This document shows, in pieces, positions 1 to 8,986 of a stretch of DNA of 52,997 nucleotides (positions are counted from its first letter, which is position 1; every line of letters begins with the position of its first letter). The stretch comes from Vampirovibrio sp. (GTDB lineage Bacteria > Cyanobacteriota > Vampirovibrionia > Vampirovibrionales > Vampirovibrionaceae). The translations under genes and the position numbers were made by a program. The notes beneath the pieces are model-generated. The model did not search any database, was not told where the DNA came from, and was given only the letters and a program-made list of their open reading frames with translations. Where the stretch lies: contig JAJQJM010000003.1 in the NCBI GenBank assembly GCA_021323475.1, positions 1 to 52,997 of the forward strand, in the 5' to 3' direction.

Positions 1-9
1 GAGGACAGG

Positions 10-981
10 ATGAAAATCGCCAAGGATGTAACCGAGCTGATCGGTAAAACGCCGTTGGTGCAATTAAACCGGGTAACGGAAGGCTGCCAGGCCAGGGTGG
101 TTGCCAAGCTCGAAAGCATGGAGCCTTGCAGCAGCGTCAAGGATCGCATCGGCAAAAGCATGATTGAGGGCGCGGAAAAGCGGGGCGAAATTACGCCCGG
201 CAAAACCGTGCTGGTGGAACCGACCAGTGGCAACACCGGCATTGCCTTGGCATTTGTGGCGGCGGTTAAAGGGTATCGGCTGATTTTGACCATGCCGGAC
301 ACCATGAGCATGGAGCGGCGAGTGTTGCTGCGGGCCTTTGGCGCGGAAGTGGTGCTGACCCCCGGCCCAAGCGGCATGAAAGGGGCCATTGAAAAGGCGA
401 AGGAAATTCTGGCCAAAACGCCTAACTCGGTGATGTTGCAGCAATTCGATAACGCCGATAACCCGAAGGTGCATTATGAAACCACCGGACCAGAGCTGTG
501 GGATGATACCGACGGGCAAATCGACCTGCTGGTAGCCGGGATCGGCACCGGAGGCACCGTAACCGGCGCCGGCGAATACATTAAAGCCAAAAAGCCGGAC
601 TTTAAAATTGTGGCGGTAGAACCGGTGGAAAGCAACGTTTTATCCGGCGGAGAGGCAGGGCCGCATAAAATTCAGGGCATTGGGGCCGGCTTTGTGCCCT
701 CAATTCTGAACACGGAATTGCTGGATGAAATTTTCCAGGTGAGCAGCGAGCAGGCTCTGGAAATGGCCCGCCGGATGGCCAAGGAAGAAGGGCTGCTGGT
801 GGGCATCTCTTCCGGGGCGGCTGTATTTGCGGCCCTGGAGGTCGCCAAGCGGCCAGAGAATGCCGGTAAGCTCATCGTGGTGGTTATTCCCAGCTTCGGG
901 GAGCGTTATCTCTCTTCCGTCCTGTTTGAAACATACCGGCAGGAAGCTCAACAAATGCAAGCCGAGCCGGTTCCGGTTTAA
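10..981 (+). CDS. cysK: Cysteine synthase A (O-acetylserine thiol-lyase)
   Basis: PLP lysine motif [43 protein letters not shown]; AGGA-type RBS at the window start. Confidence 0.97.
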   Translation: MKIAKDVTELIGKTPLVQLNRVTEGCQARVVAKLESMEPCSSVKDRIGKSMIEGAEKRGEITPGKTVLVEPTSGNTGIALAFVAAVKGYRLILTMPDTMSMERRVLLRAFGAEVVLTPGPSGMKGAIEKAKEILAKTPNSVMLQQFDNADNPKVHYETTGPELWDDTDGQIDLLVAGIGTGGTVTGAGEYIKAKKPDFKIVAVEPVESNVLSGGEAGPHKIQGIGAGFVPSILNTELLDEIFQVSSEQALEMARRMAKEEGLLVGISSGAAVFAALEVAKRPENAGKLIVVVIPSFGERYLSSVLFETYRQEAQQMQAEPVPV

Positions 982-997
982 TCATTAAATAAACGCT

Positions 998-1047
998 AAA
1001 AAAAACGCCTTTCTCTCCGGTTCTAAACCCTGAGAAAGGCGTTTTTT
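998..1047. terminator. Bidirectional intrinsic terminator
   Basis: aaaaaacgcctttctc / gagaaaggcgtttttt inverted repeat with A/T tails between convergent genes. Confidence 0.85.
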
Positions 1048-1059
1048 CCCTATATTTTT

Positions 1060-1632
1060 CTACGCCAGAGGTTTCATACCGTTTTTGCGATATACGTCAA
1101 AGGGTATACCCAGGCTTTGGGCCTGCTTTTTTTGGCCCATCAGCACCTGGGCTTGCCCGTACAGCGACTGAGCATGGGCGGCAACCGCCATATCCTGCCC
1201 GGAGGGATCGGAAGGCGCCAGCGCAGCACCCCGAATGATGCTGTAGGCCCGCAGGGAGGATTCCGGGTCCTGGGCGTTCATACCGGGGATGGAAATGGGA
1301 ACGTGGCCTGCCCTGGCAACTCCATTGCTGTCGTACTCAATGCTAATGCCGCCGCCATAGCCACCCGCTGCGGATTGATGCGCCTGTTCGTGCCCTAAAA
1401 TGTGCGCGTAACTCTCGGCCTTGATTTTTTGCAGCATATCGTCGGCGCTGGTGGGCGTGGTGCATTGGGCGCAGGCACACATGTTGCCGTATGTGGATTG
1501 CAGTTGGCTGATTTTAGCCTGTTCTGCCGCCAGGCCTGATGGAATGGCGGCAAACTGCCCTGCGGGTGGTGCCGCCCGCCCAAACTGGACCTGCGAATTA
1601 TACGCATAGAGATTATTGAGAGAAATTCCCAA
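1060..1632 (-). CDS. SprA-related putative metalloprotease
   Basis: HEQAH (HExxH), GHVPI and RGAALAPSDPSGQDMAVAA match the SprA-related family pattern; TTG start after AAGGGG; N-terminal QVQFG motif. Confidence 0.75.
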   Translation of the reverse strand: MGISLNNLYAYNSQVQFGRAAPPAGQFAAIPSGLAAEQAKISQLQSTYGNMCACAQCTTPTSADDMLQKIKAESYAHILGHEQAHQSAAGGYGGGISIEYDSNGVARAGHVPISIPGMNAQDPESSLRAYSIIRGAALAPSDPSGQDMAVAAHAQSLYGQAQVLMGQKKQAQSLGIPFDVYRKNGMKPLA

Positions 1633-2026
1633 TGGATGCTTTCCCCTTCTTCTTCCGTTTTTGGGTTAATCTTTCACTTCTATCTTTTTGCTTGGCTTCC
1701 GTAAAGCCGCAACAAAACTTATATTGGCTAGAACAAGTAGGCAGTATTCTACCCATATCATGTTAAAAGATATTGTTAAATCTGAAAAGGCCTTTTAGTC
1801 ATTTTATTCCTGCTTTATTACAAAAATGTAATGATAATCCCCCCTGAGGTGTGCTCTAAAATTTACCCCTCGACTGTCTAATAGGATGAACCGGTTAACA
1901 TAATATAATCTATAGCTTGTTGTACTGTAACTGAGCTAAAGTAAAGGCTACTGGCTTTTTATACGGGATCGAAATGCCTTACCGTTCAGCCCTCCCCTAC
2001 AACTATGCAATTAAACAGGAAACCGA

Positions 2027-5000
2027 ATGAGTTCCCGGTGTATCGATAACAGACTGGGTAGCGCAATTAATGCACTATATAAAGCCTCTGACGAGTTTCG
2101 GGACGAAACCGGTTTTTGGGATGCTTTGCTGAGGGAAGCCCTGCTGTTTTTTGGCAGTGATTACGGAATGCTGCTGCGCTGTTCTGCCGGAGAAACCGGG
2201 TTAAAGCCGCAGGATTGTCAGGTGTTGGCGGCGACTGAACCGTTCAGGCTTCAGGAAATGTCCGGCTTGCTGCCGGAATTGGCGACGATTTTGGAATCAG
2301 GCAACCGCCTATGGGTGCAGACTGGCGAAAAAAGCCGTGGCTTCTGGCTGGTACCGCTTATTGCAGCGAATACAGCGCCCTTCGTGCTTTGCCTGGAAAC
2401 GGTTGAGGAAAGCTCGGCTGAAGATTTCAGGAACGATTTCAGGACGGATGATTTTTGGGACGCCGCCTCGGCCTTTGTTAACACGGCATCTCTCTTGCTG
2501 CGAACGCTGGAGGGCTGCTTACCCGAAGCTTCCTCAAAAACCCAGGACAATGGAACTATTCATTGTCAGCCGGTAGACAGCACCCAAGAACAAGGTAATT
2601 TGGTTACCGAGTCGGAACGGCTTGATATCTATCGCAATGCGTTTAACCGGGCCGTTGTAGGCAAAGCGGTGGTAACGCCTGATGGAAAGTGGGTGATGGT
2701 GAATCCCGCCTTCTGCGAGATGATGGGGTACAGCGAGTCGGAGTTGCTGGGCCGGTATTTCACCGAGATTACGCATCCGGACGATAAATGCGTCAATTTG
2801 CATTTGCTGCATCGGGTTGCCAAAGGGGAAATCAATTCGCTGGACTTGGAAAAGCGTTATATTCACAAGTCCGGCAGAATCGTGAATGCCCGGCTCCGGA
2901 TTTCCAGGGTGCAGGACAAGGACGGGACCGATTTATATCGGGTAGTCGACTTTGTGGACATTACACCTCAACACGAGCTGATTTCCCTGTACCGGGAAAA
3001 AGAGCAGTTACTGAACGCGGCTTTTCAAAACGCGCCCATCGGTAAAACCATCATTAGCCTCACTGGGGAATGGGTAGCGGTGAATGCCACATTTTGCCAA
3101 ATGGTGGGCTATACCGAGGAAGAGCTGATAGGCAAGGAAAGGGATAACCTGATCCTGGCAGAGGACCGGCAGGCATTTCGGGATTTTGTGAAGCAGGTGA
3201 CGGCGGGACAACAGACTCGTTGCCAGATTGAGCAGCGGTATATGCACAAGTCCGGCAAGGTGATCATGACCGAGGCGCATATTTCAATGATTCCCGGAAA
3301 TGACGGGAAACCTCAATACTTTATTTCCCAGGTGCAGGATATTACCCGGCGCAAGCAAATGGAAGAAGCGGTGCGAATGGGGCAGGAAAGTCTGCGCAGT
3401 GCCTTCGATCACGCCAGTATCGGGATGGCGCTGGTGTCCCCAGACGGCGTATATCTGAAAGTGAACTCGAAATTGTGCCAGATTACCGGCTACAAGGAGT
3501 CGGAGCTGATTGGCTTACGCATTGCCGATATTACCCATCCCGACGATATTCAGGAAGACATGCTCCTGGTTAAACGGATGCGGGAGCGAGACATCGACTC
3601 TTGCGAAGTGGAAAAACGTTATATTCATAAAAACGGCCATATCATCTGGATTCTACTGACGGCATCCGTCGTTTCCGCTAAACCGGACGGGGAAGTATTA
3701 TATTTCGTCTCGCAGATGCAGGACATTACCGAGCGCAAACGGGTGGAGCAGGCCCTTCGGGACAGCGAGGAAAATTTCCGGCGTGCCTTCGACGATGCGT
3801 CGACCGGTATGGCCATCATGTCGCTGGACGGTTATTTTTTAAAGGTCAATTCCAAGTTGAGCCGAATTACCGGTTACACGTCCCAAGAGCTGCTGTTGAA
3901 GAATTTTCAGAGCATTACTTACCTGGAAGATTTTGAAACGGATTTCCAATTCTGGCAAAAAATGATGACCGGAAAACTACAGACATGCGAATATGAGAAG
4001 CGGTATATTCATAAGCAGGGCTATTTGGCCTGGATTCTGCTGACCGGCTCCAGTGTGCGGGATGAGCATGGCAACCTGATGTATTTTGTGATGCAGATGC
4101 AGGATATAACTGAGCGTAAACGGGTAGAGCAGGCTCTTCGGGACAGTGAGGAACGGTTCCGCAGCGCGTTCGACCATGCCAGTATCGGGATGGCGCTGGT
4201 GTCTCCTGAAGGTCGCTGGCTTAAAGTCAACCGCATCGTAACCAAAATTACCGGTTACTCCGAAGAAGAATTGTTGGCCATGGACTTCCAGACCATTACC
4301 CACCCGGATGATTTGCCCATTGATTTGAGCCTGTTCGAGCGGATGCTTCAGCGCGAGATTGAGACCTATCAGATGGAAAAGCGCTACATTCACAAGCATG
4401 GGAATTCAGTCTGGATCCAGTTGAACGTGTCGCCGGTTTATACGCTGGACGGGCAAATCGCTTACTTTATCGCCCAGCTTCAGGATATTACGGATCGCAA
4501 AACCGCGGAAGAGCAACTGCGCAAAGCGAAGGAGGAAGCGGAAGCGGCCGCCAGCGCCAAATCCGAATTCCTGGCCACCATGAGCCATGAAATCCGGACG
4601 CCTATGAACGCGGTGCTGGGAATGGCCGCCCTGCTGGAAGCGACCCCCTTGACGGAAGAACAGCGCGATTTGCTGCACACCATCAAAAGCGGCGGAAATA
4701 CGCTGCTGGGCATTATTAACGATATTTTGGACTATTCTAAGATTGAGTCCGGAAAAATGGAGTTGGATTATCAGCCTCTGGAGCTGAAAAGCTTTATTGA
4801 GGAGTCGTTCGCGTTGTTCCGGCAGGAGGCGAACGGGCAGGGTCTGTATTTATCCTATGAAATTAACGAGAATGCACCGGCCGTTATTCTGGCGGATTCA
4901 GTGCGTTTACGGCAGATCATGGTCAATCTGCTGGGCAACGCGGTGAAATTCACCGAATCGGGCTCCGTGCAGGTATCGGTCAGCAGCAAGGATAAGCCGG

Positions 5001-6082
5001 ATGAAAACGGCCTGTTCAAACTGGATTTTCAGGTGCGGGACACGGGCTGCGGCATTCCTTCCAATAAATTGCAGGATATTTTTGATTCCTTTACCCAGCT
5101 TGCCCCGGCTACATCCCGTAAATATGGCGGAACCGGCCTGGGGCTGGCTATTTGCAATCGGTTGGTTCAGTTGATGGGCGGTTTTATTTGGGTGGAAAGC
5201 GAAGTGGGCAAAGGTTCCGTATTCCATTTTTCCATTCAGTCCCGTGTGGTAAGCTGGAAACCGGTTCGAGCCACACTGCCTTCCTCCGGAATTTATATGT
5301 TTGATTCGGAATTAGCAACCAAATATCCCCTTCGTATCCTGGTGGCGGAGGATAATCCCGTAAACCAGAAACTGATTTTGCATATTCTTCAGCGGTTGGG
5401 TTATCAGCCGGTTCTGGTTGATAACGGTTGGAGTACTCTCGCCAAGCTGGAAAGCGATACGTTTGATCTGGTGCTGATGGATATTCAAATGCCGGAGCTG
5501 GACGGCCTGGAAGCAACCCGCATGATTGTGGAACGTTTTGGCGCGGAAAATCGGCCCCGGATTATCGCCATGACCGCGTTTGGCTTAACGGAAGACCGGC
5601 AGCGGTGTATGGAAGCGGGCATGGATGACTATATCAGCAAGCCTATTTCCGCCCCGGAGATTGAGCAGTTGCTAAAGCGCTGGTCCCAGTGGAAATCCAA
5701 CGCGAAACTGGGTGCCAAAAGCGCGATTGAAGGAACCATGCTGTTTTCCCGCATCGGCAACGATATGGAAGCCTTGCAGGAAATGATCCAGATTTTTGAA
5801 GAGGATTGCGTTCGTCTGCTGGAGGCAATCCGGGTAGCCCTTGAACAGCCGGATGCTGCTGCCCTGAAGCGGCATGCCCATGAACTGAAGGGTGCTTGCC
5901 TGGCGTTAAGTGCCAGCCATATGCGGGATTTGGCCGCTAAGTTGGAAATGAACGCCAAGCTGCAAAAGCTGGAACAGGCTCCATTGTTGCTGGAAGCCCT
6001 GGAGACTGAGTTCCAGAAAGCCAAAGCGGAATTGCACCAATTAAGCAAACTGTCCCCTCCGTCCAAAATTAATTCAGCTTAA
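2027..6082 (+). CDS. Cytoplasmic multi-PAS hybrid histidine kinase (5x PAS-PAC, HisKA, HATPase, REC, HPt)
   Basis: Five AF..A..G...EKRYIHK..G...DIT units; H-box EFLATMSHEIRTPMN; NLLGNAVKFT, DTGCGI, GGTGLGL; receiver VAEDN/LMDIQMP/SKP; HPt AHELKG. Confidence 0.95.
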   Translation: MSSRCIDNRLGSAINALYKASDEFRDETGFWDALLREALLFFGSDYGMLLRCSAGETGLKPQDCQVLAATEPFRLQEMSGLLPELATILESGNRLWVQTGEKSRGFWLVPLIAANTAPFVLCLETVEESSAEDFRNDFRTDDFWDAASAFVNTASLLLRTLEGCLPEASSKTQDNGTIHCQPVDSTQEQGNLVTESERLDIYRNAFNRAVVGKAVVTPDGKWVMVNPAFCEMMGYSESELLGRYFTEITHPDDKCVNLHLLHRVAKGEINSLDLEKRYIHKSGRIVNARLRISRVQDKDGTDLYRVVDFVDITPQHELISLYREKEQLLNAAFQNAPIGKTIISLTGEWVAVNATFCQMVGYTEEELIGKERDNLILAEDRQAFRDFVKQVTAGQQTRCQIEQRYMHKSGKVIMTEAHISMIPGNDGKPQYFISQVQDITRRKQMEEAVRMGQESLRSAFDHASIGMALVSPDGVYLKVNSKLCQITGYKESELIGLRIADITHPDDIQEDMLLVKRMRERDIDSCEVEKRYIHKNGHIIWILLTASVVSAKPDGEVLYFVSQMQDITERKRVEQALRDSEENFRRAFDDASTGMAIMSLDGYFLKVNSKLSRITGYTSQELLLKNFQSITYLEDFETDFQFWQKMMTGKLQTCEYEKRYIHKQGYLAWILLTGSSVRDEHGNLMYFVMQMQDITERKRVEQALRDSEERFRSAFDHASIGMALVSPEGRWLKVNRIVTKITGYSEEELLAMDFQTITHPDDLPIDLSLFERMLQREIETYQMEKRYIHKHGNSVWIQLNVSPVYTLDGQIAYFIAQLQDITDRKTAEEQLRKAKEEAEAAASAKSEFLATMSHEIRTPMNAVLGMAALLEATPLTEEQRDLLHTIKSGGNTLLGIINDILDYSKIESGKMELDYQPLELKSFIEESFALFRQEANGQGLYLSYEINENAPAVILADSVRLRQIMVNLLGNAVKFTESGSVQVSVSSKDKPDENGLFKLDFQVRDTGCGIPSNKLQDIFDSFTQLAPATSRKYGGTGLGLAICNRLVQLMGGFIWVESEVGKGSVFHFSIQSRVVSWKPVRATLPSSGIYMFDSELATKYPLRILVAEDNPVNQKLILHILQRLGYQPVLVDNGWSTLAKLESDTFDLVLMDIQMPELDGLEATRMIVERFGAENRPRIIAMTAFGLTEDRQRCMEAGMDDYISKPISAPEIEQLLKRWSQWKSNAKLGAKSAIEGTMLFSRIGNDMEALQEMIQIFEEDCVRLLEAIRVALEQPDAAALKRHAHELKGACLALSASHMRDLAAKLEMNAKLQKLEQAPLLLEALETEFQKAKAELHQLSKLSPPSKINSA

Positions 6083-6109
6083 GAAGGTCTGGCCAGTTGG
6101 TTTTCAGGA

Positions 6110-7528
6110 TTAAGGCCAGCGTTCAAACGCCTGGGCGGCCCATTCGCTTAGAACGTATGCCTGGTTTGGCTCTGCGCCCAGAATTCGAATTAATGCTTTC
6201 TGCTGTAGATTGAAGAGCAAAGCATCCAGTGTTTCCGGTTCCTGATGTTCGAATTGTTCCAAAAGTTCCGCCTGCGTCATATAGCCACGCTGATGCAGCA
6301 GTTTTAACGCCTTCAGGTCATCCGGCTTCAATTCCAGCAAGACCTGGGCCACAGACCCGGCTAAGCCACGCTGGTCATTAATGGCTGCTGTCGGCTTTTC
6401 GGGTTTGGATGCAATTTTTCTCTTGGGTTGAGTGGGAGAAGCGGAATTGCGGATAGCTTTCGTTGTTAAATGCAGGTTAGCGGAAGATGGCAACGCTGTT
6501 TTCGCGGTGGCGGATATTACCGCTTGTACCGGGAGCGCTTGCTTTCTATCCGTCGGTTGAGCCTGCGATGGACTGTCTGTTGTTGGGGGAGCCTCTACAG
6601 GGGCGTGATTAGCGCTGGCTGTGGCTGGATTTGAATTGACTGCCGCCGTTTCGTGGAGCGCTTTCTGGTCGAGCACGTCTTTTGTGTCCGACTGGTCTGA
6701 CGTTTTTTCGGAATCCGCAGACTTTCCGGCAGATTCGGAATACCTGGTTTGAATGGCCTCATGAATGTATGCGAGGCGTTCGCTGCCGCCGGGATGGCTG
6801 GAAAAGAAGGCTGCTACCGGGCCGGAATCCGCCGCGAGTTTGCCGAACAGGGTTTCCATGGCCAAGGGGCTGTACCCTGCTTTCACCATGTAATCCAGAC
6901 CGACCAGATCCGCTTCTTTCTCGTAGGGCTTGCTAATGTTGCCTGCCACGTCAAAACCTCTCTGTCGGGCATTCTGCCATGCCTTTGCGCCGACCAGAAA
7001 AAAGGGGTAGGCCAAGCCCCCACTTGCCACTAGGGCGGTTGTGCCTGCCGTAAACAGGGTGGTGTTTACCAAAGCGCGGGTGGCAACCTGCTTTGGGTAT
7101 ACTTTACCGGTATGGCGCTTGGTAATATGGGCAATTTCATGGGAGAGCACCGCAGCCAACTCGTCGTCATTGTCAATCACATCCAACATATCCTTGTAGA
7201 TGCGAATGGTGTTTGGCCCCACAAAGCGCGAGGCGGAAGCGTTCCGGATGTCCCGGTTATCCACTAGGAATAGGATTTTATCGGGAATATCATTGGCTTT
7301 CAGGATTCGATGCCCGACTTTCAGTACCTTTTTCTCGTAGGAGGGGCGATTCCACAGCGGGTCGTTTGCTCCTTCCACGGGGGTACCTTCCTTCGAGGCG
7401 CCGTCCATGGCGCCGCCTTCTATGTTTCCTGCCGCCAGGGCCGCCAATGGAGACAGACAGGCCAGATTGAGTGCGCAAGCCAGTATCAATATCCGGCACC
7501 AAGTCTGAAATCGCATGCAAAGCTCCAT
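6110..7528 (-). CDS. Exported M48-family metallopeptidase with low-complexity linker and C-terminal winged-helix-like domain
   Basis: Signal peptide; DELAAVLSHEIAH, EKEADLVG, AGYSP, FSSHPGGSERL. Confidence 0.85.
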   Translation of the reverse strand: MELCMRFQTWCRILILACALNLACLSPLAALAAGNIEGGAMDGASKEGTPVEGANDPLWNRPSYEKKVLKVGHRILKANDIPDKILFLVDNRDIRNASASRFVGPNTIRIYKDMLDVIDNDDELAAVLSHEIAHITKRHTGKVYPKQVATRALVNTTLFTAGTTALVASGGLAYPFFLVGAKAWQNARQRGFDVAGNISKPYEKEADLVGLDYMVKAGYSPLAMETLFGKLAADSGPVAAFFSSHPGGSERLAYIHEAIQTRYSESAGKSADSEKTSDQSDTKDVLDQKALHETAAVNSNPATASANHAPVEAPPTTDSPSQAQPTDRKQALPVQAVISATAKTALPSSANLHLTTKAIRNSASPTQPKRKIASKPEKPTAAINDQRGLAGSVAQVLLELKPDDLKALKLLHQRGYMTQAELLEQFEHQEPETLDALLFNLQQKALIRILGAEPNQAYVLSEWAAQAFERWP

Positions 7529-7622
7529 CGTTTCATTAATCGCCCATGACTATAGCAGAATGGCTGAGCTTTCAAAAACGATAAATCTTCGGTTTTACAA
7601 AGTTTTGAGAAATGGTTTTCCG

Positions 7623-8216
7623 TTATGGAGGCTGGGTTGAGTAATCATCCGGCGTTGGTGATGCCGCTTGTTCCGGTGCCGTTGGTTCAAGATTCGCCAG
7701 ACGCTTGCCGTCCCGGATGATGATTTTGCCGGGAATGCCAACCACGGTACAATTTGGAGGGATGTCTTTCACCACCACGGAGCCGGAACCGATCTGGCTG
7801 CGCTGCCCGATGGTGATATTGCCCAATATTTTGGCGCCTGCACCGATTACCACGCCGTCTTCCAAGGTGGGATGGCGTTTGTCTTTCCGTTTGCCGGTGC
7901 CGCCCAGGGTAACGTGCTGGTAAATAGTGACGTCATCCCCGATTACGGTTGTCTCGCCAATGACCACGCCCATGCCGTGATCGATAAAAAAGCGCCGCCC
8001 GATTTGCGCCGCCGGATGAATTTCAATCCCCGTCCAGAACCGGCTGATGTGAGAGCCCAGGCGGGCCAGGGTCTTTAGGCCCATCCGCCATAGCCTGTGG
8101 TTGACACGATGCGCCCATACCGCATGCAGGCCCGGATAGCACAGGAATACCTCAACCGGGTTACGCGCGGCGGGATCCCGCTCCAAAACCGCCTTTATAT
8201 CTTCCCGGACGCCCAT
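7623..8216 (-). CDS. cysE: Serine O-acetyltransferase
   Basis: [46 protein letters not shown], hexapeptide repeats. Confidence 0.96.
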   Translation of the reverse strand: MGVREDIKAVLERDPAARNPVEVFLCYPGLHAVWAHRVNHRLWRMGLKTLARLGSHISRFWTGIEIHPAAQIGRRFFIDHGMGVVIGETTVIGDDVTIYQHVTLGGTGKRKDKRHPTLEDGVVIGAGAKILGNITIGQRSQIGSGSVVVKDIPPNCTVVGIPGKIIIRDGKRLANLEPTAPEQAASPTPDDYSTQPP

Positions 8217-8316
8217 CCTGACTCCTCTCTCAATTCAACTGGAAGCGGTGACATGTTCACGATTTGCCTGCCGATCATCGGTGTTGAGACTATGATTTTA
8301 TGCCAAGCCGTGGCAA

Positions 8317-8347
8317 TTGACAAAAGCATTCGGTTTTTGTCTACTAT
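8317..8347 (+). promoter_or_regulatory. Possible sigma70-type promoter
   Basis: TTGACA (8317-8322) and TACTAT (8342-8347); the 19-nt spacer is long. Confidence 0.4.
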
Positions 8348-8371
8348 ATTCAACGTCAAATACGGGTTTTT

Positions 8372-8548
8372 ATTGCCGTGCAGTCAGCAACTCGCAAGCA
8401 GTCCCATATTAATTGGAATCGCCGACGCTCTCGAAGGACCGGGTCTTGGGCGCTTTCAAACTGCCTTGGCAATCTCCGCTAGCGGAATTCGCTTCAAAAG
8501 CCAGAATGAATCCCCGAGATCCAAGTCGATAACGGGGATTCATTTTTT
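8372..8548 (+). ncRNA. Candidate structured leader or small RNA ending in an intrinsic terminator
   Basis: attgcc/ggcaat plus gcagt/actgc closing stem, inner cgctc/gggcg and aggac/gtctt stems, tccg-ctag-cgga hairpin, then a 12-bp terminator stem; no recognised Rfam family. Confidence 0.4.
8504..8548 (+). terminator. Intrinsic terminator hairpin
   Basis: Perfect 12-bp stem aatgaatccccg / cggggattcatt with a 16-nt loop, followed by T run. Confidence 0.75.
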
Positions 8549-8623
8549 CCGGTTTTAACGCACAAAACCGGTTGGTCCCGATTTTATATACTCACCATTC
8601 ACCAGGATAGATTTTTACAGCCG

Positions 8624-8986
8624 ATGAGCCAACAACCATTTCAATTTGCCGACCGGGAGTCCCAGGCCAACGCCTTGGGGACATATCGGCATGATGTGGC
8701 CTATACGGCGGCCCTGAAATCCGAACAGGCGCTGGCTTTGGGTAGCTATCGGCACGATGTGGCTTATACCGCGGCCCTGAAGTCAGTTCAAGCTCATGCC
8801 CTGGGCAATTACCGGCATGATGTGGCGTACACCGCCGCCCTGAAATCCGCCCAGGCCATGTCCCACCAAGGGGGCACTAGCTTCAAGGGACAGTTAACCG
8901 AAGATTCAACCATCACTGGTGTTGAGCAATGCTTAGCACCAGTGATTTTTTTGGCGGCTCCGGCTGAGAAAGGCAAGGCCGCCTGA
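8624..8986 (+). CDS. Small protein with three 21-aa tandem repeats (QAxALGxYRHDVAYTAALKSx)
   Basis: Repeats differ mostly at synonymous third positions, which supports coding in this frame; stop overlaps the next start (TGATG). Confidence 0.8.
   Translation: MSQQPFQFADRESQANALGTYRHDVAYTAALKSEQALALGSYRHDVAYTAALKSVQAHALGNYRHDVAYTAALKSAQAMSHQGGTSFKGQLTEDSTITGVEQCLAPVIFLAAPAEKGKAA
8663..8857 (+). repeat. 3x 63-bp coding tandem repeat
   Basis: Units 8663-8725, 8726-8788, 8789-8851 plus a partial fourth (QA). Confidence 0.95.

Noticed and set aside
8097-8558. 153-aa + strand ORF spanning the cysE start and the structured leader
   Set aside because: Overlaps cysE antisense, runs through a promoter and terminator, and has no protein-like motifs
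8620-8627. GCCGATGA sigma28 -10-like box (also GCCGATCA at 42843)
   Set aside because: No TAAA-like -35 at 15-nt spacing; the first overlaps the start codon
8663-8857. 63-bp repeats as a CRISPR array or tmRNA tag region
   Set aside because: No unique spacers, variation is synonymous, no cas genes and no tRNA-like ends
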